From assembly GCF_000150275.1 (NCBI RefSeq), contig NW_002060950.1, positions 2,282,106 through 2,346,105 on the forward strand: 64,000 bases of DNA, written 5' to 3'. The stretch is from Trichoplax adhaerens. Lineage: Eukaryota > Animalia > Placozoa. A program made the translations under genes and the position numbers. A model generated the notes under the pieces. It had not been told where the DNA came from. It saw only the letters and a list, made by a program, of their open reading frames with translations, and made no database searches. Below, piece after piece: positions 13,001 through 25,778 of this stretch. Position 1 is the stretch's first letter. Each line of letters starts with the position of its first letter.

Positions 13001-16000
13001 TTAATTTCATATTTTTGTATTTTGCCTATGTATGTAATATCATTACATAGATTATTACGTGAAAATTACCTTGACCATCTCGGCCCTTTGTATGATCACG
13101 ATTTAATAATCCAATCTCAGCAGCACCAATAACTTTGTCAGAGGCATTCTTCGCAGAGAGAATTCGCCACCAACGATGACCATCTATGTTATCAACCTGC
13201 CACAGACATGGTATTTCAAATGAACATCTATATTTTGAGCCCGACCAAAATTCTTCTGATTCTAGGATTATTATTACCATAGAAACGTAAAGAAATTAAA
13301 GACTTAGTAGGACTTTATGTAAGAAGATAGTTGTTAAATCGTTTGACTATGTATGTCAAGACTAGATCCTAACATTACGATAGGCTATGAAAAGAAATTC
13401 ATATACACATGGTATACTAGTATAATATCAGATTGTACAAATTAAACAGAACTTACTAATATACGAAATCTTCAAACTAAAAAGCTTCTTTCTCTTATGA
13501 ATTGCCTGATAAGCAACGCTTCCAAACGATATTTCAAAGCTTAAGCCGCTGTTAGTTGTTGACAAAGACTTGGGCAATTCTTGGTTTAGTAAGCAATAAT
13601 GATCAGGATATGCCGTTATTAGCTTATCATTTCCGTCATGTATGGTTATAGTCGAAGAACACGCCAAAACATTCGATGAAAATTCAGGATCAACAGTCAG
13701 CTGTGCCTGTAAGGTTCCACTGTCTTCTGGTTGTCTAAGAATTGTAAAGCGGCATTGACTATTAAAAAAGGTTGGAGTAATTGGATTCCATCCTACTGTA
13801 TCTGACTGCGAACCAAAGTTAGCTAGTTGATTGCTGACATTGCAAATTCCTATAAGATTAATGAGGATACGAGTCAGTGATGACTATAAAATACCCGAGA
13901 AAATTTATTCTATAATACTCATAAAGGTATTACCAGCTGTTCCCTTCTGCAGATCTGGTTGTTGGACAGAGATTGCAGTAGCTTTAAATCCTGGATAAGT
14001 TGAAGGTTTCTTACGTTTTTGAGTGACAAAAATCACCTGCAATCGATCTCCTCTGGACGCAATAGACGTAATTAAATTAGGTTGACATAAATGCGCTAAA
14101 CTTTGACGATGATCACGTATTTCAACGTAATCGTAGCATTGTTCAGGATTACCCACAGGCAGAGGTAGAGAAATGGTCGAGAAACTCATATATATATGAT
14201 TTAATGAGGATGTTGTTTGTAGAGAATAGACATAAATTCCGTCAGACGGATACCCATTTGGAAAATTCGGTGATTCAAAGGTAGTGCTTTTCTTGACGTG
14301 GATGGGTGTAAATTGTGTTATTTCTAATGTAAAAGCATAGTACACAGATAATAGTTAATGTTTGATATTAAGTCATAGAGAAGAGCTAAGGTACTACTTA
14401 GGATTTCTGTAAATTCGCTGTCGTTTCGATGACATGATTTGTTATGTTAACATAGCACGTATTTAGGATACAATAAAATGTTTCTGGCGAACTAAAGGAC
14501 GGCCTAATTTCTGTTACTATTCTACGCTATACTTATCATTAGAAATGTTGTAAATGATATTTGTTACTATTAGCAATACGCATACTTAGCCAAATAAAAT
14601 TGTAATCATTTACTATAATTGTTAGGAGAAAAATAAATATCTAAATGAAGAATATTTTGAAGGTGTTTTTATTACCTATTCCTAATAGATTTAGTGAGAT
14701 TGCTATTAGATTTATCAATAGTACTAATACCAACGGTAGAATGTTACCTTTGTAGCTGATGGTAATAGTTTCACCAAATTTAAGTTCTTTCATGTTAACA
14801 GATATGAAAAATCTTGAAGAAATGGAAATTACGCTAGCTGAATGTGGTAATTGACTTGCTAAATCTAATCGATGGGTGGTGTTGGTCAAATTTAAATACT
14901 GATTTAAATTTACATTCGTTTTACTGATAGTGGTTGTAATTCGAAAATAAACTTGAGTGGCAGACTTTAGCTGAATTTGGAACCAGCATGGTCTGTTATA
15001 CTGTATACCAGCAGGGAAACGAGGAGTCGTTAGAGTTTCCTCTAATGAGGACCAAGTTGAATTGCATCGATCTAGTTCGAGTTTATGCAGGCAAATTTTA
15101 ATAAGTTATATATGGTCAAGTTTTGGTTAGAATAATGCAATCATAGTTTTTACTAGCTCTAATAGATAAAACTGCATATATAATATACAGGCTTTTAGAG
15201 CATAAAATTACCTTCATAGCTTGAATATTGCAGCTGAAATCGAATTTGATTTTTTAATAGGATGCTACTTGGCACTAATTCTAACTTGATGATATTCTCT
15301 GGTGAAATAATCGTCATATTAGGCGTTTTCTGGCAGAAATGAAATGCTGGTACGCGATCTGTAGTCGAACTGAAGTATATATTCAAGGCATGAACGCAGC
15401 CAATTCCTTCAAGATACCGTGATGGATGATCTTGAGCAGAGAGAGCAATGAAAGGTATATGGTTTGCTGTACTCGCAGTCTGGATGGAATAAGTATATGT
15501 CCGTATGGGTTGATAATTTTTAGGATAATATAACGTTGAGAGCAAATTAGCATCAGGCTGGATTACAGTATTGATGAGCTTGCCTTGTGAACTCGCTAAA
15601 TTAACATAAAAGGATAATGATGATTTAAGATCAGAAATACTGGAGGTAGAAAGGTATAGACAGAGATGGAAATTTTAGTCATGACAACGAGCAATTAAGA
15701 AATTTTATGACAATTATACTATAAAGGTGATTAAATCATTATGCTAAAATAGTGATAGATCGGAAAGTAGGGAGTAAATGTATAGTTAAGAATTTACTCA
15801 GTCACATGATTTTATTGCTTTACTAACTAAAGAAGGTTTAGGAATATTTAAATAAAACATATGGACATAGATATCGGGTCCGTTAAATTTGACACAGTAC
15901 CTAGTTTTGTATTCGCAATGCAGTGGCCACTAAATCCAATGGATGCTCGATTATCATGAATGGATTTTACAATAAGTCGTACAGTAGTGATATCGCTATT

Positions 16001-19000
16001 ATTGACAATGATCTTATCAATTTGTGGTGAGTTATGGTATAATTTTGCAATTAAAACTGTTTTGGATTGGCGTTGGCTAGTAATTTCTAAATAATTAGCA
16101 TATTTCCTATTCAAATATATCTGATTTGATTGATTCTCTACAGTTGAGAGGGTAAGACTGTCGAAGAAAAGTTCTGAAAATGCTGTTTTGCTTTTCGATT
16201 TAATAGTTACGACATATTCCGAATTTGATCCGTTGGCAAGTAGCTGTATTGATTGACCGACACAATAATTATCAACTTCCGTTGGTGCTACGTAAAAGGA
16301 CGTAGTAATTTATGTTATTATGGTGAAAACTGCTAATAAGTAAAATATTTTGAAAGATCACATTAATTACCTAATATTGGTGATGATTTGAAGCTTGATT
16401 GTAAATGAAACGAACGGTCTGTATTAGACGGATTCCACTTTCTTACTACAACTACGGTCATGATACTCATTGATGATGTGATGGTATAATTAAGTCCTTG
16501 ATCATCAATTTGCTGGCATATTCTAATTATTAGATTATCCAGTGTAGCTTCTTTGCCATCAAAGATCTCAATGTAATCGTCGCTTGTAGCGCACTGGCCG
16601 CTAGATCGGGATGAAAGAAATTTATTTATGGATAAAACGATAGTTTCGTTAGACTTTGTGGCCATAAGCTGGTATATACAACTCCTATTTGTTGGTATTG
16701 ACATATCTATACTTGAGATGTTTATATTCCCTTGGCCGGATAATGTTTTGTGGCACGTTTCAACTGCAAAATTATGTACATCAAGAACATTCATTATGTT
16801 AATCTGATGCCAGATCTCTTCATCAAGAGCTATAAAATATGTTTAGATGAGATTTGATATGATTGATGAAATATATGACCAGTACGTAAATATTGCTTAC
16901 TTACCGTAATAATATTTCGCTGTAAATCCAACTCCAGTATATAAGCCATTACTGTGAAATCTTACATTTAGACTAGAATTTGATTGGAAAGGTATTCCGA
17001 CAGCGGTGGAACTACAAATAGGACCGGCTACGTAGTCCACTTGATTTTGATAAAGATAAATTCTATCACCTAAGCAGCTCGCATCACTAATATCGAGCTC
17101 AATCAAATCAAATTTTAAAATAATTGTCTTATTTGGACGGGCTGGAAAGTGATAGATACAATTCAAATTAACACTGTAGTTATGTGGATAATTTGGGCTA
17201 GTTATGATACCAGAATCATCGATGATTGTTCTGTTGCAGACGAGCTCTAAGGACATAAATAGACAAAGGAAATGGGATTTGAAATTATTATAATTTTTAT
17301 TATTAGTGCTGACCAGTTCGCAAATTATTTAACAGGCGATATGGTACCGTGATCCTAATTGGTAGTTATATATATCTAATATTGATCGTCTATTAAAAAT
17401 TTCTACCTTTCTTGCAGATATAGCCTAATCGATCAGTAAAATTTTTAGCTCTCCATTTTCCATTTTCTAATGTAATTGGTCCAGAAACTTGAGATTCGCT
17501 CTCTTTTGCCCAATTTGTGTAATTAACGTTATTTACATTATCAGGAAACCAGCGGAATCCTGGGTAATCGTTTTGATCTAAACTAAAACTACTTATATGA
17601 ATACCCAACCAGATTGGTCGAAACAGTATTGATGCCAAATATTGGTTTTCTTCTTGATTTTTAATTGATACTAGATGTGCTTGATATTGAAGACATTGCT
17701 CTTCAGCTGTAGCATAACTTTGCTGATAGTAAATAAACATGAAGTTATACAAGTTACTGCCAAATAGACTCCATGCTGATCCTATAATACAATCCAAAAA
17801 CAACAAATGATGCAAAATTTCTATTGAAAAATGTTAGAAATAAATTTTCGTGGGCAGTATTTACCTGCTTTATATTTAATGTTCACGATGAAGTGATACC
17901 GATTGCGAATATAGATTGTTAGATAAGTTATAGGCCCTATGTTGATAAATCGGTTGTGCAGTTTAAAATCGCAAATTGAATAGGTTTTAGCAATGGTCGG
18001 TAGGAATAGATCGATGGTATTTTGACATTTCCTGCCAATTTGATCGAAATCAACAGATTTAAATTCTAATTCTGTTGTATGATGTACTGGCAATGTTATT
18101 TTTATGTTGTACTGCCAACAATGGCTCGGATAACTTTGATTACCACGAATTTGAATAGAACCTGATGACTGATTAAAGACTAGATTGCAATTGGATGTCG
18201 AACCTGTAGAGAAATTGGAGAACGTAAAATTTATTATATGTATAAAGGGTTTCAAACTTTAAACGCAATATAGATAATGATGAATACTGTGCTTTTTCTT
18301 TATTAATAGTGAAAGCTACTACATAGGAGCTAATCTTTATTATTAATTTTTCAGTAATTTTATATTGCCTTGCTATATTACAAACTAAATTAGTGATTGT
18401 TGGTAATTGCGTTGCATTTCAGTTTTGGAAACTGGAAAAGCAGCTGCTCTACTATTTTTCTTCCCATTTAAGGTGACTATATGATACTAAGCAAGTATTT
18501 TATAAGTATTCGTTGAATTATAGTGATCTTCTAAAAGTCACTTATTTCATCTATTCAATGTAACCTTATGCGATATCGGTATTTAAGCTTATGAATGGAA
18601 TTTATTTATAAAATTTACATTAATTACATATCTTGGTCTACTGTTTTTTACACTAAAAAATAACTTTATTAACCAGGTTCATCTTACAATTGCCTACAGA
18701 GATAATAACTCAAACACGAGGCAGTTAATTTCTATTTTGGTGTTGTAAGATTTTGAAGCAATGTAGTGATAATAACTGTCGATACAACTCATATTGTAAA
18801 TAGTTGTTATTGCGATGATCGTTACGGTACTTGAATGGTTCGTATAAGCATTTCGTATACCAGCGGTACTTTAAGATCTAATTTTATGAAATTAATTTTT
18901 TATGCCTGTATTATCTGAAATATTTATCAAGCTAGTAATGATGACTAAATTGAAAGTGTGATTATGTAAGTACTCTAGCATTGTATGAGATATAGCAATC

Positions 19001-22000
19001 TTTACCGCAATTCAATTCATCACTCCAGTCTGGACAGTCATATTTGCCATCGCAAACTTTGTTAGATTGTATACATTGTCCATAACTACAATTAAAATGT
19101 TGAGAAGGACATGTCGTAGCTGCAGAATTGACAAATTAGATATAAATTAGTTAATTATACAATTCGATAATGGAAGCATACCAATAAAATTGTGTCCTTA
19201 ATGGTAACATACCTTGTTCTATGGCTTTGTATTTCAAGCTAAATCCATAGTATTTCGATTGTTGTCGATAGGTTGCATTAGTAAGTAATGTCAGTTCGAC
19301 AACGTTGCCACACGAAATATAAGGTAATGGAATAGATTTACCACAATATCTTCTCATATTTACTGTTTTGCTTGTTGAGCATTTTACATCTTTAATAAGT
19401 AAGCTTTCACATCCACATGCGTCACAAGATGCAATCTCGATGTCTTCAAATGTAATAATAATGAAATATTTAGGATCAACAGAAATAGTATAATGACATG
19501 TATTCCTATTTTGATATGTTTTTGGATAACCAATCGATCTGATACTGCCTGATGTTGCAGTAAAATATTTATTGCAGCTTTTGGGATTAACTAAAAATAG
19601 GAATAAGATTGAAAAAATATTATCTAGACCATTTTTGATATTCGATCGAGTTAGGATCATGCGACATATATATTTTTCATCTTAATTTCTTGCTATACTG
19701 ATAGAAATGTCAGCTACATTTATATACTAGTAAATTAGCACACGCGGTTAATACGAAAAAGAAATCTTACAGTTTGTGCTAAAAAAGCTTATTATTACCG
19801 CAATTTAATCCATTACTATCCATACAATCGTGGATATTTTGACATTGTTTCTGTTTATCAACACAACGATGAAAATGGCAGCTAAAATTGCCATAAGAAC
19901 ATGTTTTCAGTCCTGAAAATAAATATGTAAAATATTATTAATGTATAGTATCAATATTTATTAATAAACAGCTTTATTACTATAATTTCTTTTCCGTTTC
20001 AAACATGAATTAATATAATCTACAATATACCGCAATATTGTTCGTCGTCACCGTCAAAGCAATCCTGATAACCATCGCAGACGCTTTTTATATTGATGCA
20101 CTGTCCATTGGAACATGCTGCTTCCGATTGACTGCTGCATTGTCGATATGCTACGATTAATTAATAGAAACCAAAATGAAGAGAATATGGTATGTGAAAT
20201 CTTTTATCTTACAAGAAGCTTATTAATTTTATTAAAAAAAGTTTAATTTGGGCCCTATAGTGATTACAAATTTAAATTTCGATAATTAATTGATTTTGCC
20301 GTGGTCATACTAAATAATTGTTCGAAATTATTAGTAAGCACATTTTTTAAGGTTTAAAAGTAAAACAGTCTTTCTGCTATACCGAAAACGATCTCAGAAA
20401 TTAAATAGCTAAATATGCGAAATATCATTTTGTACTAAAAATTACTATGATCCAGTAAGTAGCTAACATTAATCAAAAGTTTTCTGTGCACTCTGTATGT
20501 TATGCTCTATACACTCTAAGATGGCAATTCAAAATTTTTATGGCTTGAAGTGAGCTGGTGTCACGGTACGCCGTTACTAATTAAGTAACTGTCGATTAAT
20601 GAATGCTTATGAATAGATAAGATAAGGTTATTTGCTATGTTTTAATGCGCTTGTAGCTGATAATAGGATGGTAGAAATGAGATAAAAACAGAAGTTGTTA
20701 GCAGTTAATTTACTGTAGGTTTATAAGGTGTGTTAATCTCTAAAAATTAAGCTGTATGAGGACGAAGGCTAAGCGTCTTAACACCTGATAGCTTGTAGCT
20801 ATCTAAGTCTGAGAATATCGACATGTATATTTAGTAATGGTATTATACTAATTAATGTAACTTGTAAAGCATGAATTCTCACTCGTTAATATTGGAATTC
20901 ACTGTAGAAACCTATTTAAGCGCGTGTGTTTGTAGAATAAAGTAAGTAATTGCTCAAGAAACGGCAAGACTCATATCGTGAAGAATAGTGTAATAATTAG
21001 TCAGTTGTCTGTGGAGATCAGCCGAGAAATCGAGTTCTCAAATACTTCTCTCATAGAAACTGAAAGTACTGGGAGAAATAGCCCAAGTTTTAAGTAACTA
21101 CACTAGAGTTCTTTACTTTCCTTTGCCACAAGTGAGGGTTGTGACAGCTGGTAATACACTTATGTAGTTTGATCGCGTTGTTAAACTAACATACTTATGA
21201 GAATCTCATTTCAACGTAATACTGTGAATCGAACATTAGATGCATATTATACTGATCGTGTATTATTCTTCGTAAAATATTTTATTAACAAGAGTAACAT
21301 ATTGACTAATTATTGTATTACTTATACTAAAAGTAACTACTTGAACAATCGATAGTTACTGAAACAAAGATCATTATTCTTCGTTGAGAAAATCGCAGGT
21401 GCATCTATATTGAAAACTATTTAATTACTCATTATTTGGCTATCAATGTGAGCGTAATTACCGTTTACTCATAAACAATTGTATTAAATGTGGCTTGTCA
21501 AATGTTCAATAAAAAAATGAATACTACATGTTACACCAGCTTGAAAAGAGTTTTAATATAACTTTGAAAAATCTTTAATGTAGAATGAGCTTTTGACTTG
21601 GTTTATCCTTAGCTATTAGATCGTATTACCGATATTTCATTTTAAATTCGAACACGCTGAAATGAATACTATCTTCTTATAAAATGACTAGAAATGAAAA
21701 GACTAAGCCTTGCATATTGTTTATTACAATCTAGCTTCCATTTACTTATCACTAGTCTTACCATGTAATTAAAGTAATAATTGGAAAATAGATTGTTAAT
21801 ATTTTGTACGAGGCACATAATTTGGGAAATAAATAATATTATTATCGTCTAATATGACATGAATGTTTTATGTCATCTGGCTTGATCTTTCTAGAGTATA
21901 ATTTTTAACTAGCTATTATAATTTATGTAGAAATTGACTGCCCAAATTTCCGTTGACATGTTAAAGAAATTCCGTAAATGAATCGATTGCAAATACAGTA

Positions 22001-25000
22001 TTTCATTAATGCTGTTGTCTAACTTTGCTTATGTATCATAAAAATTGATTAGCAACCAATGGCAGGTAAAAAAATTTCTTTTTCTTAAAATATAAATGTT
22101 ACTAATACCGTATTCTTATTATTACATGAAAAATCATAATCGTTGCTAATGGTACTTCGTACTATTATAAAATAGTTTTAGCGAAGAAGTTTTAATAAAG
22201 AAATCAAAGGGTTATTATTGACAACTGTCATACATATTATAAGTTGATGATTTAAATGAATTAGTGATGTGAGATATTTGCTTCAGTCGTTTCTACAACT
22301 CAATAATAGCTCATAATGTTCTTTTTTCCAAAATTTACAAGGTTAAAACTATAGTATTTTGAGTACTAGTCATTTTCATTTTATTATAATCGAAACTACT
22401 ACTCCCTAGAGATTTATGGCGTAAGATTACGTCTGTAGGCATAATAGGATTGCATAATATGCCTAAATTGTTTATGTATTAGACTTGTTTATGAATTAAG
22501 TTTGAAAATAGAGATGAAATAAGATTCAAAAACTGCAATACATGGATTTATAGTTGAGTTAGAAAGTGTTCACACGGTATATTTAACGAATAATTTTTCT
22601 CTCGTGACACTTTTTCTTGCCATACGTACATAATGACAGTACTGTATTAGTTTTAGTTAGCACTGAAAGTTATAATTAAGTTATCGATAATATAGTATTA
22701 GTGTGTGCAAAAATTTCATGAAATTTAGAAACATGGTTCGATTCAACTATAGAAAGCGTAACAAATAGAACTTTTCATACATTTATTTGGTAAAAAGATG
22801 AGTTTTGCTATTTCAGAAGCAAGTAAATTGGTGTTAGGTTTGGTTATGTTTATAATTTCGGCTAAATGAATTTTCTCAGATTGTTTTTGCTTGCTTGTGA
22901 GGCTTTTAAATAATTTCTGTATAAGTCAGCATCAAACTGTTTTGGATGCTATTCTCTTAATTGTGAATGCAGTTATTAGTTATGATCTAGTAGTTTATTT
23001 TTGACTTACCACACCATTGCTCATCTGAATTATCGCCGCAATCGTTTTGATGATTACACCAATGAATATTAGGAATGCATTTGTTGTTGTTACATCGAAA
23101 TCGACCAGGATAACATTGTTGAATGTCTATATATAAAAAGTAAGGTAATATAAATATAAAATATTCCTTTATTAAGAATCGTACTCGATAGCTGTCCCCA
23201 TAATCTAATAGCAACATTTATTTAATGTTAGATTCAGTACATATCAGTAACAGCATGTATGTGCAATAGTTAAATTGCAATAATAAGTATGACAGGATAG
23301 AATTCCTGTGTCAAAGGGTAGTATAATATAGCTATATATTAATCTTTGTTGTTGATTTTTGCAAAATTTTTTAAAACTAGCAGATATAAGATATAAATGT
23401 AATATGAATCGAGAGGTAAATTTTGGTAATTGGATATGTTAAGCTCCGTTAAAAAGTAAAGAAGTTAGTTGTTCTGCTAGGATTTATTTAGTTGTCTTAA
23501 GCGCTACTGCTGCGTGTAACATAGGCAATAATAGCTGCATTAATAAATCGTAATTCTTCGGATACCTAAATCTATGAATCGTACTTGGTAGTACGATGAT
23601 CATTAAATTACTTAAATGCTTGATTAACGAGATTTATGCTACCGAATTTGAAGCTGACTATAACTCTATTTCAATATGCGCCTGAAATGACTACTGCAAT
23701 ATTGAAGAATTAATATAAATTGTAATCATATTCGCATTAATTCAGTCAATTATAGATAGCTTTCGAATGTTATTATTCAATAAGGGGTAATAATACAATT
23801 GATAAGTCAAAGACAGAGTACTTATCGAGAATTATAGAAAGTATGGCTAAGGTACTCGTAGATGCTTGATACTTCATTTAAAAGTTTCGAAATGATAACT
23901 TTTATCAATTTACTTCAAGAAAAGTATAAGGAATACACGTATAATTTTTTACCTGTAAGTGTCTTACTTTTAGCTATTTACGTCCATTCCTTATTAAAAG
24001 CATTTTCTACAGCTACAGTAGTTCTCATAGGTTGTTACATATACCTTTCGAATTTCTATTTCTAGCAATCCTGCGATAAAGTAAGTAGATACTCTACTGC
24101 CTTAACTCGCTACTTTAAACATCTTTTCCATTTTCTTTCCTTAATAGCTTAATTACCATTCACATAAATTACTTATTTTATTAAATACTGATATGTTCAT
24201 TAGGATGCTCTCTTTCTACGTAAGGTATATTTTAGTATAGACTTCACAATCTAGCTTTATGTTCAATCGATCTTAAAATGATAAAATTCTCGAAAGTTTT
24301 TTATCGGAATATTATCAGAAATTCTATATTTAAATATCGTCTTTGCTAGTATATGCATCTTGGCAAGAATTAATATAAGGGGTACCGTATATTTTTATTA
24401 TAATAGTCTGAGCAGTAAATTTATATGAGTTAAGTAAATGGTAAGCATTAGCTTGTTAAAATGATGTTAAATCTATATCTGTTATCGTAGATGATGAGAG
24501 ACATATAGAATTTAATAAACTTCAATTATTTGTTTTAAAATAGACTGTTCATAGAGTTGATAAATTTAGAAATATTCCGCTACAATTCACGTATCATATA
24601 TTAGTAATCTATGCTGATGATAATTTAGAAATGCTTTGTTAAATAGTAAGTAAAAACTTAAAAAAATTTTGTATAATGGTAATGATGAAGATTTTTTGCC
24701 TAATCGATACTGAGATAGAGGTTCTGAATTTTTTATGATAACTCTTTAAAGCACATGAATGTTTAAGTAGTTGTATGTCTATTTCCACGTAACGTTGGAT
24801 ATATATACAGTTAGTACGTATGAATGATAGGCCTTACGTTATCGTAATATTAGTTAGTGTATTGGAGATTTCGAAATGAAAATAGAATTAAGTATCCGAT
24901 AAGGTTTTAAATTAAAACATAGCATCTGCTGAGCTGTCAATGAGTTAGAACGAATGTGATAAATCGATATCTACGATAGCTTGGGACCATCTATTCTTGT

Positions 25001-25778
25001 TAATGCTCGAAAACTTACCACAATTTTTTTCGTCTTCTCCAAATGGAAGATCAAAATGGTGATCACATAATATTTTAGCTGTCTGGATGGTTTGTCCATT
25101 ATTGCTACTCTTGACTTCTAATAGAAATATAAGAAATACGATTATAGTAAGCGGACTTTATAGCTTTAGTAGAAAAGCTTGATGTCGCAGCACAGCGTTA
25201 AAGCAATATAGCAATGCACTTTAATTTATATATGTTAAAATCATCTCTGAAAGAAATCAAGGATGTATTAAAGTTGCAACGATTCATTTAAGTAGCGTCA
25301 GTTTACGTTCATGTAAGACAATCATGTAATCGTGGAAGTAAAGGTATTAACCCTATTCAGTCAGATAAATTAGTATAGTACACTTTGAGATATAATAAGT
25401 CAATTTTAGATCTGCGCTAAAGTCTTAAGTTGTGATAAATAAGATAGAGTTGTCATCATAAATCATCTTATAAAATAGATTTAAAAAAAGAATTGTTTTT
25501 CTGCGATGAAATTATCTAAAGCTTTGCAGTAAAGGACAAACAGCTTTGATAGCTGTGTTGCCAGAAAATTGAAATATAGACATTATGAGTTAGCGATAAT
25601 ATACTAAATCCGAAATTTTAAATTAAAAAGGGATGACAAAGATGAAGAGGTATTTAAGCGTTTGAAAAATCAGTTCATAACTTTAATTAATAATTCATGG
25701 CGTAAACTTTATAATAATTCATTTACCTTGACATGAATATGCAGCCATACATAATAATATTAAGATTGTAAATTGCAT
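137..25778 (-). CDS. Multi-exon giant LGR (GRL101/RXFP-like, type C) receptor: SP-LDLa/CUB/CTLD/MAM ectodomain-LRR-7TM-pseudokinase; 3' end not resolved within the window
   Basis: More than 40 GT-AG exons, phase-compatible at the junctions checked by hand. Exon 1 25727-25778 = [17 protein letters not shown] (signal peptide). Mostly phase-1 domain exons follow, then phase-2 LRR exons, the 7TM exon 1636-2902 and kinase-like exons 828-1063, 501-696 and 137-364. Confidence 0.85.
1636..2902 (-). CDS. LGR hinge + rhodopsin-type 7TM + Ser/Thr-rich C-tail exon
   Basis: FCC...C.P..D..SSC.D.L hinge, [30 protein letters not shown] and [11 protein letters not shown] motifs typical of GRL101/RXFP-type LGRs (ORF 1606..2928). 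Acceptor ttttcag precedes 2902; donor CAG|GTATTA follows 1636. Confidence 0.95.
3387..5199 (-). CDS. LRRNT exon plus nine single-LRR exons
   Basis: LRRNT 5091-5199 ([20 protein letters not shown]). Phase-2 exons of 69-78 nt at 4811-4882, 4637-4714, 4471-4542, 4256-4327, 4060-4128, 3904-3975, 3762-3833, 3548-3619 and 3387-3464, with an LxxNxL/I...F..L pattern (e.g. [18 protein letters not shown]). Confidence 0.9.
5328..8058 (-). CDS. Membrane-proximal ectodomain block: six LDLa exons and two CUB exons
   Basis: LDLa-type exons near 5328-5432, 5531-5650, 5939-6055, 6614-6731, 7129-7261 and 7937-8058 (C..F.C..G.CI....C....DC.D.SDE..C pattern). CUB exons near 6155-6520 (KCDEIY...QCIYTI...RRYCGSQSP) and 7433-7822 (GCNF...GYPSRY...ECLYHI...DYLVVRDG...YCG). 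Confidence 0.85.
8491..18203 (-). CDS. Central ectodomain block: ~13 CUB/CUB-like exons, two split MAM-like domains, one C-type lectin domain
   Basis: The ORF track shows canonical CUBs (16897..17256 [10 protein letters not shown], 13905..14345, 11220..11543, 8886..9341, 16363..16794) and divergent ones. MAM-like CSFEIPCLW...DHT...G lies at 12411-13262, with a second at ~9447-10395. CTLD at ~17408-17800 (AEEQC...HLVSI...EN...WLG...YICKK). Confidence 0.8.
19006..25117 (-). CDS. N-terminal ectodomain block: four LDLa exons (first degenerate), CUB, LDLa
   Basis: LDLa exons at 25019-25117, 23010-23126 ([15 protein letters not shown]...[16 protein letters not shown]), 20031-20150, 19799-19912 and 19006-19120. 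CUB exon ~19213-19590. The LDLa exons translated by hand are phase 1. Confidence 0.88.
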
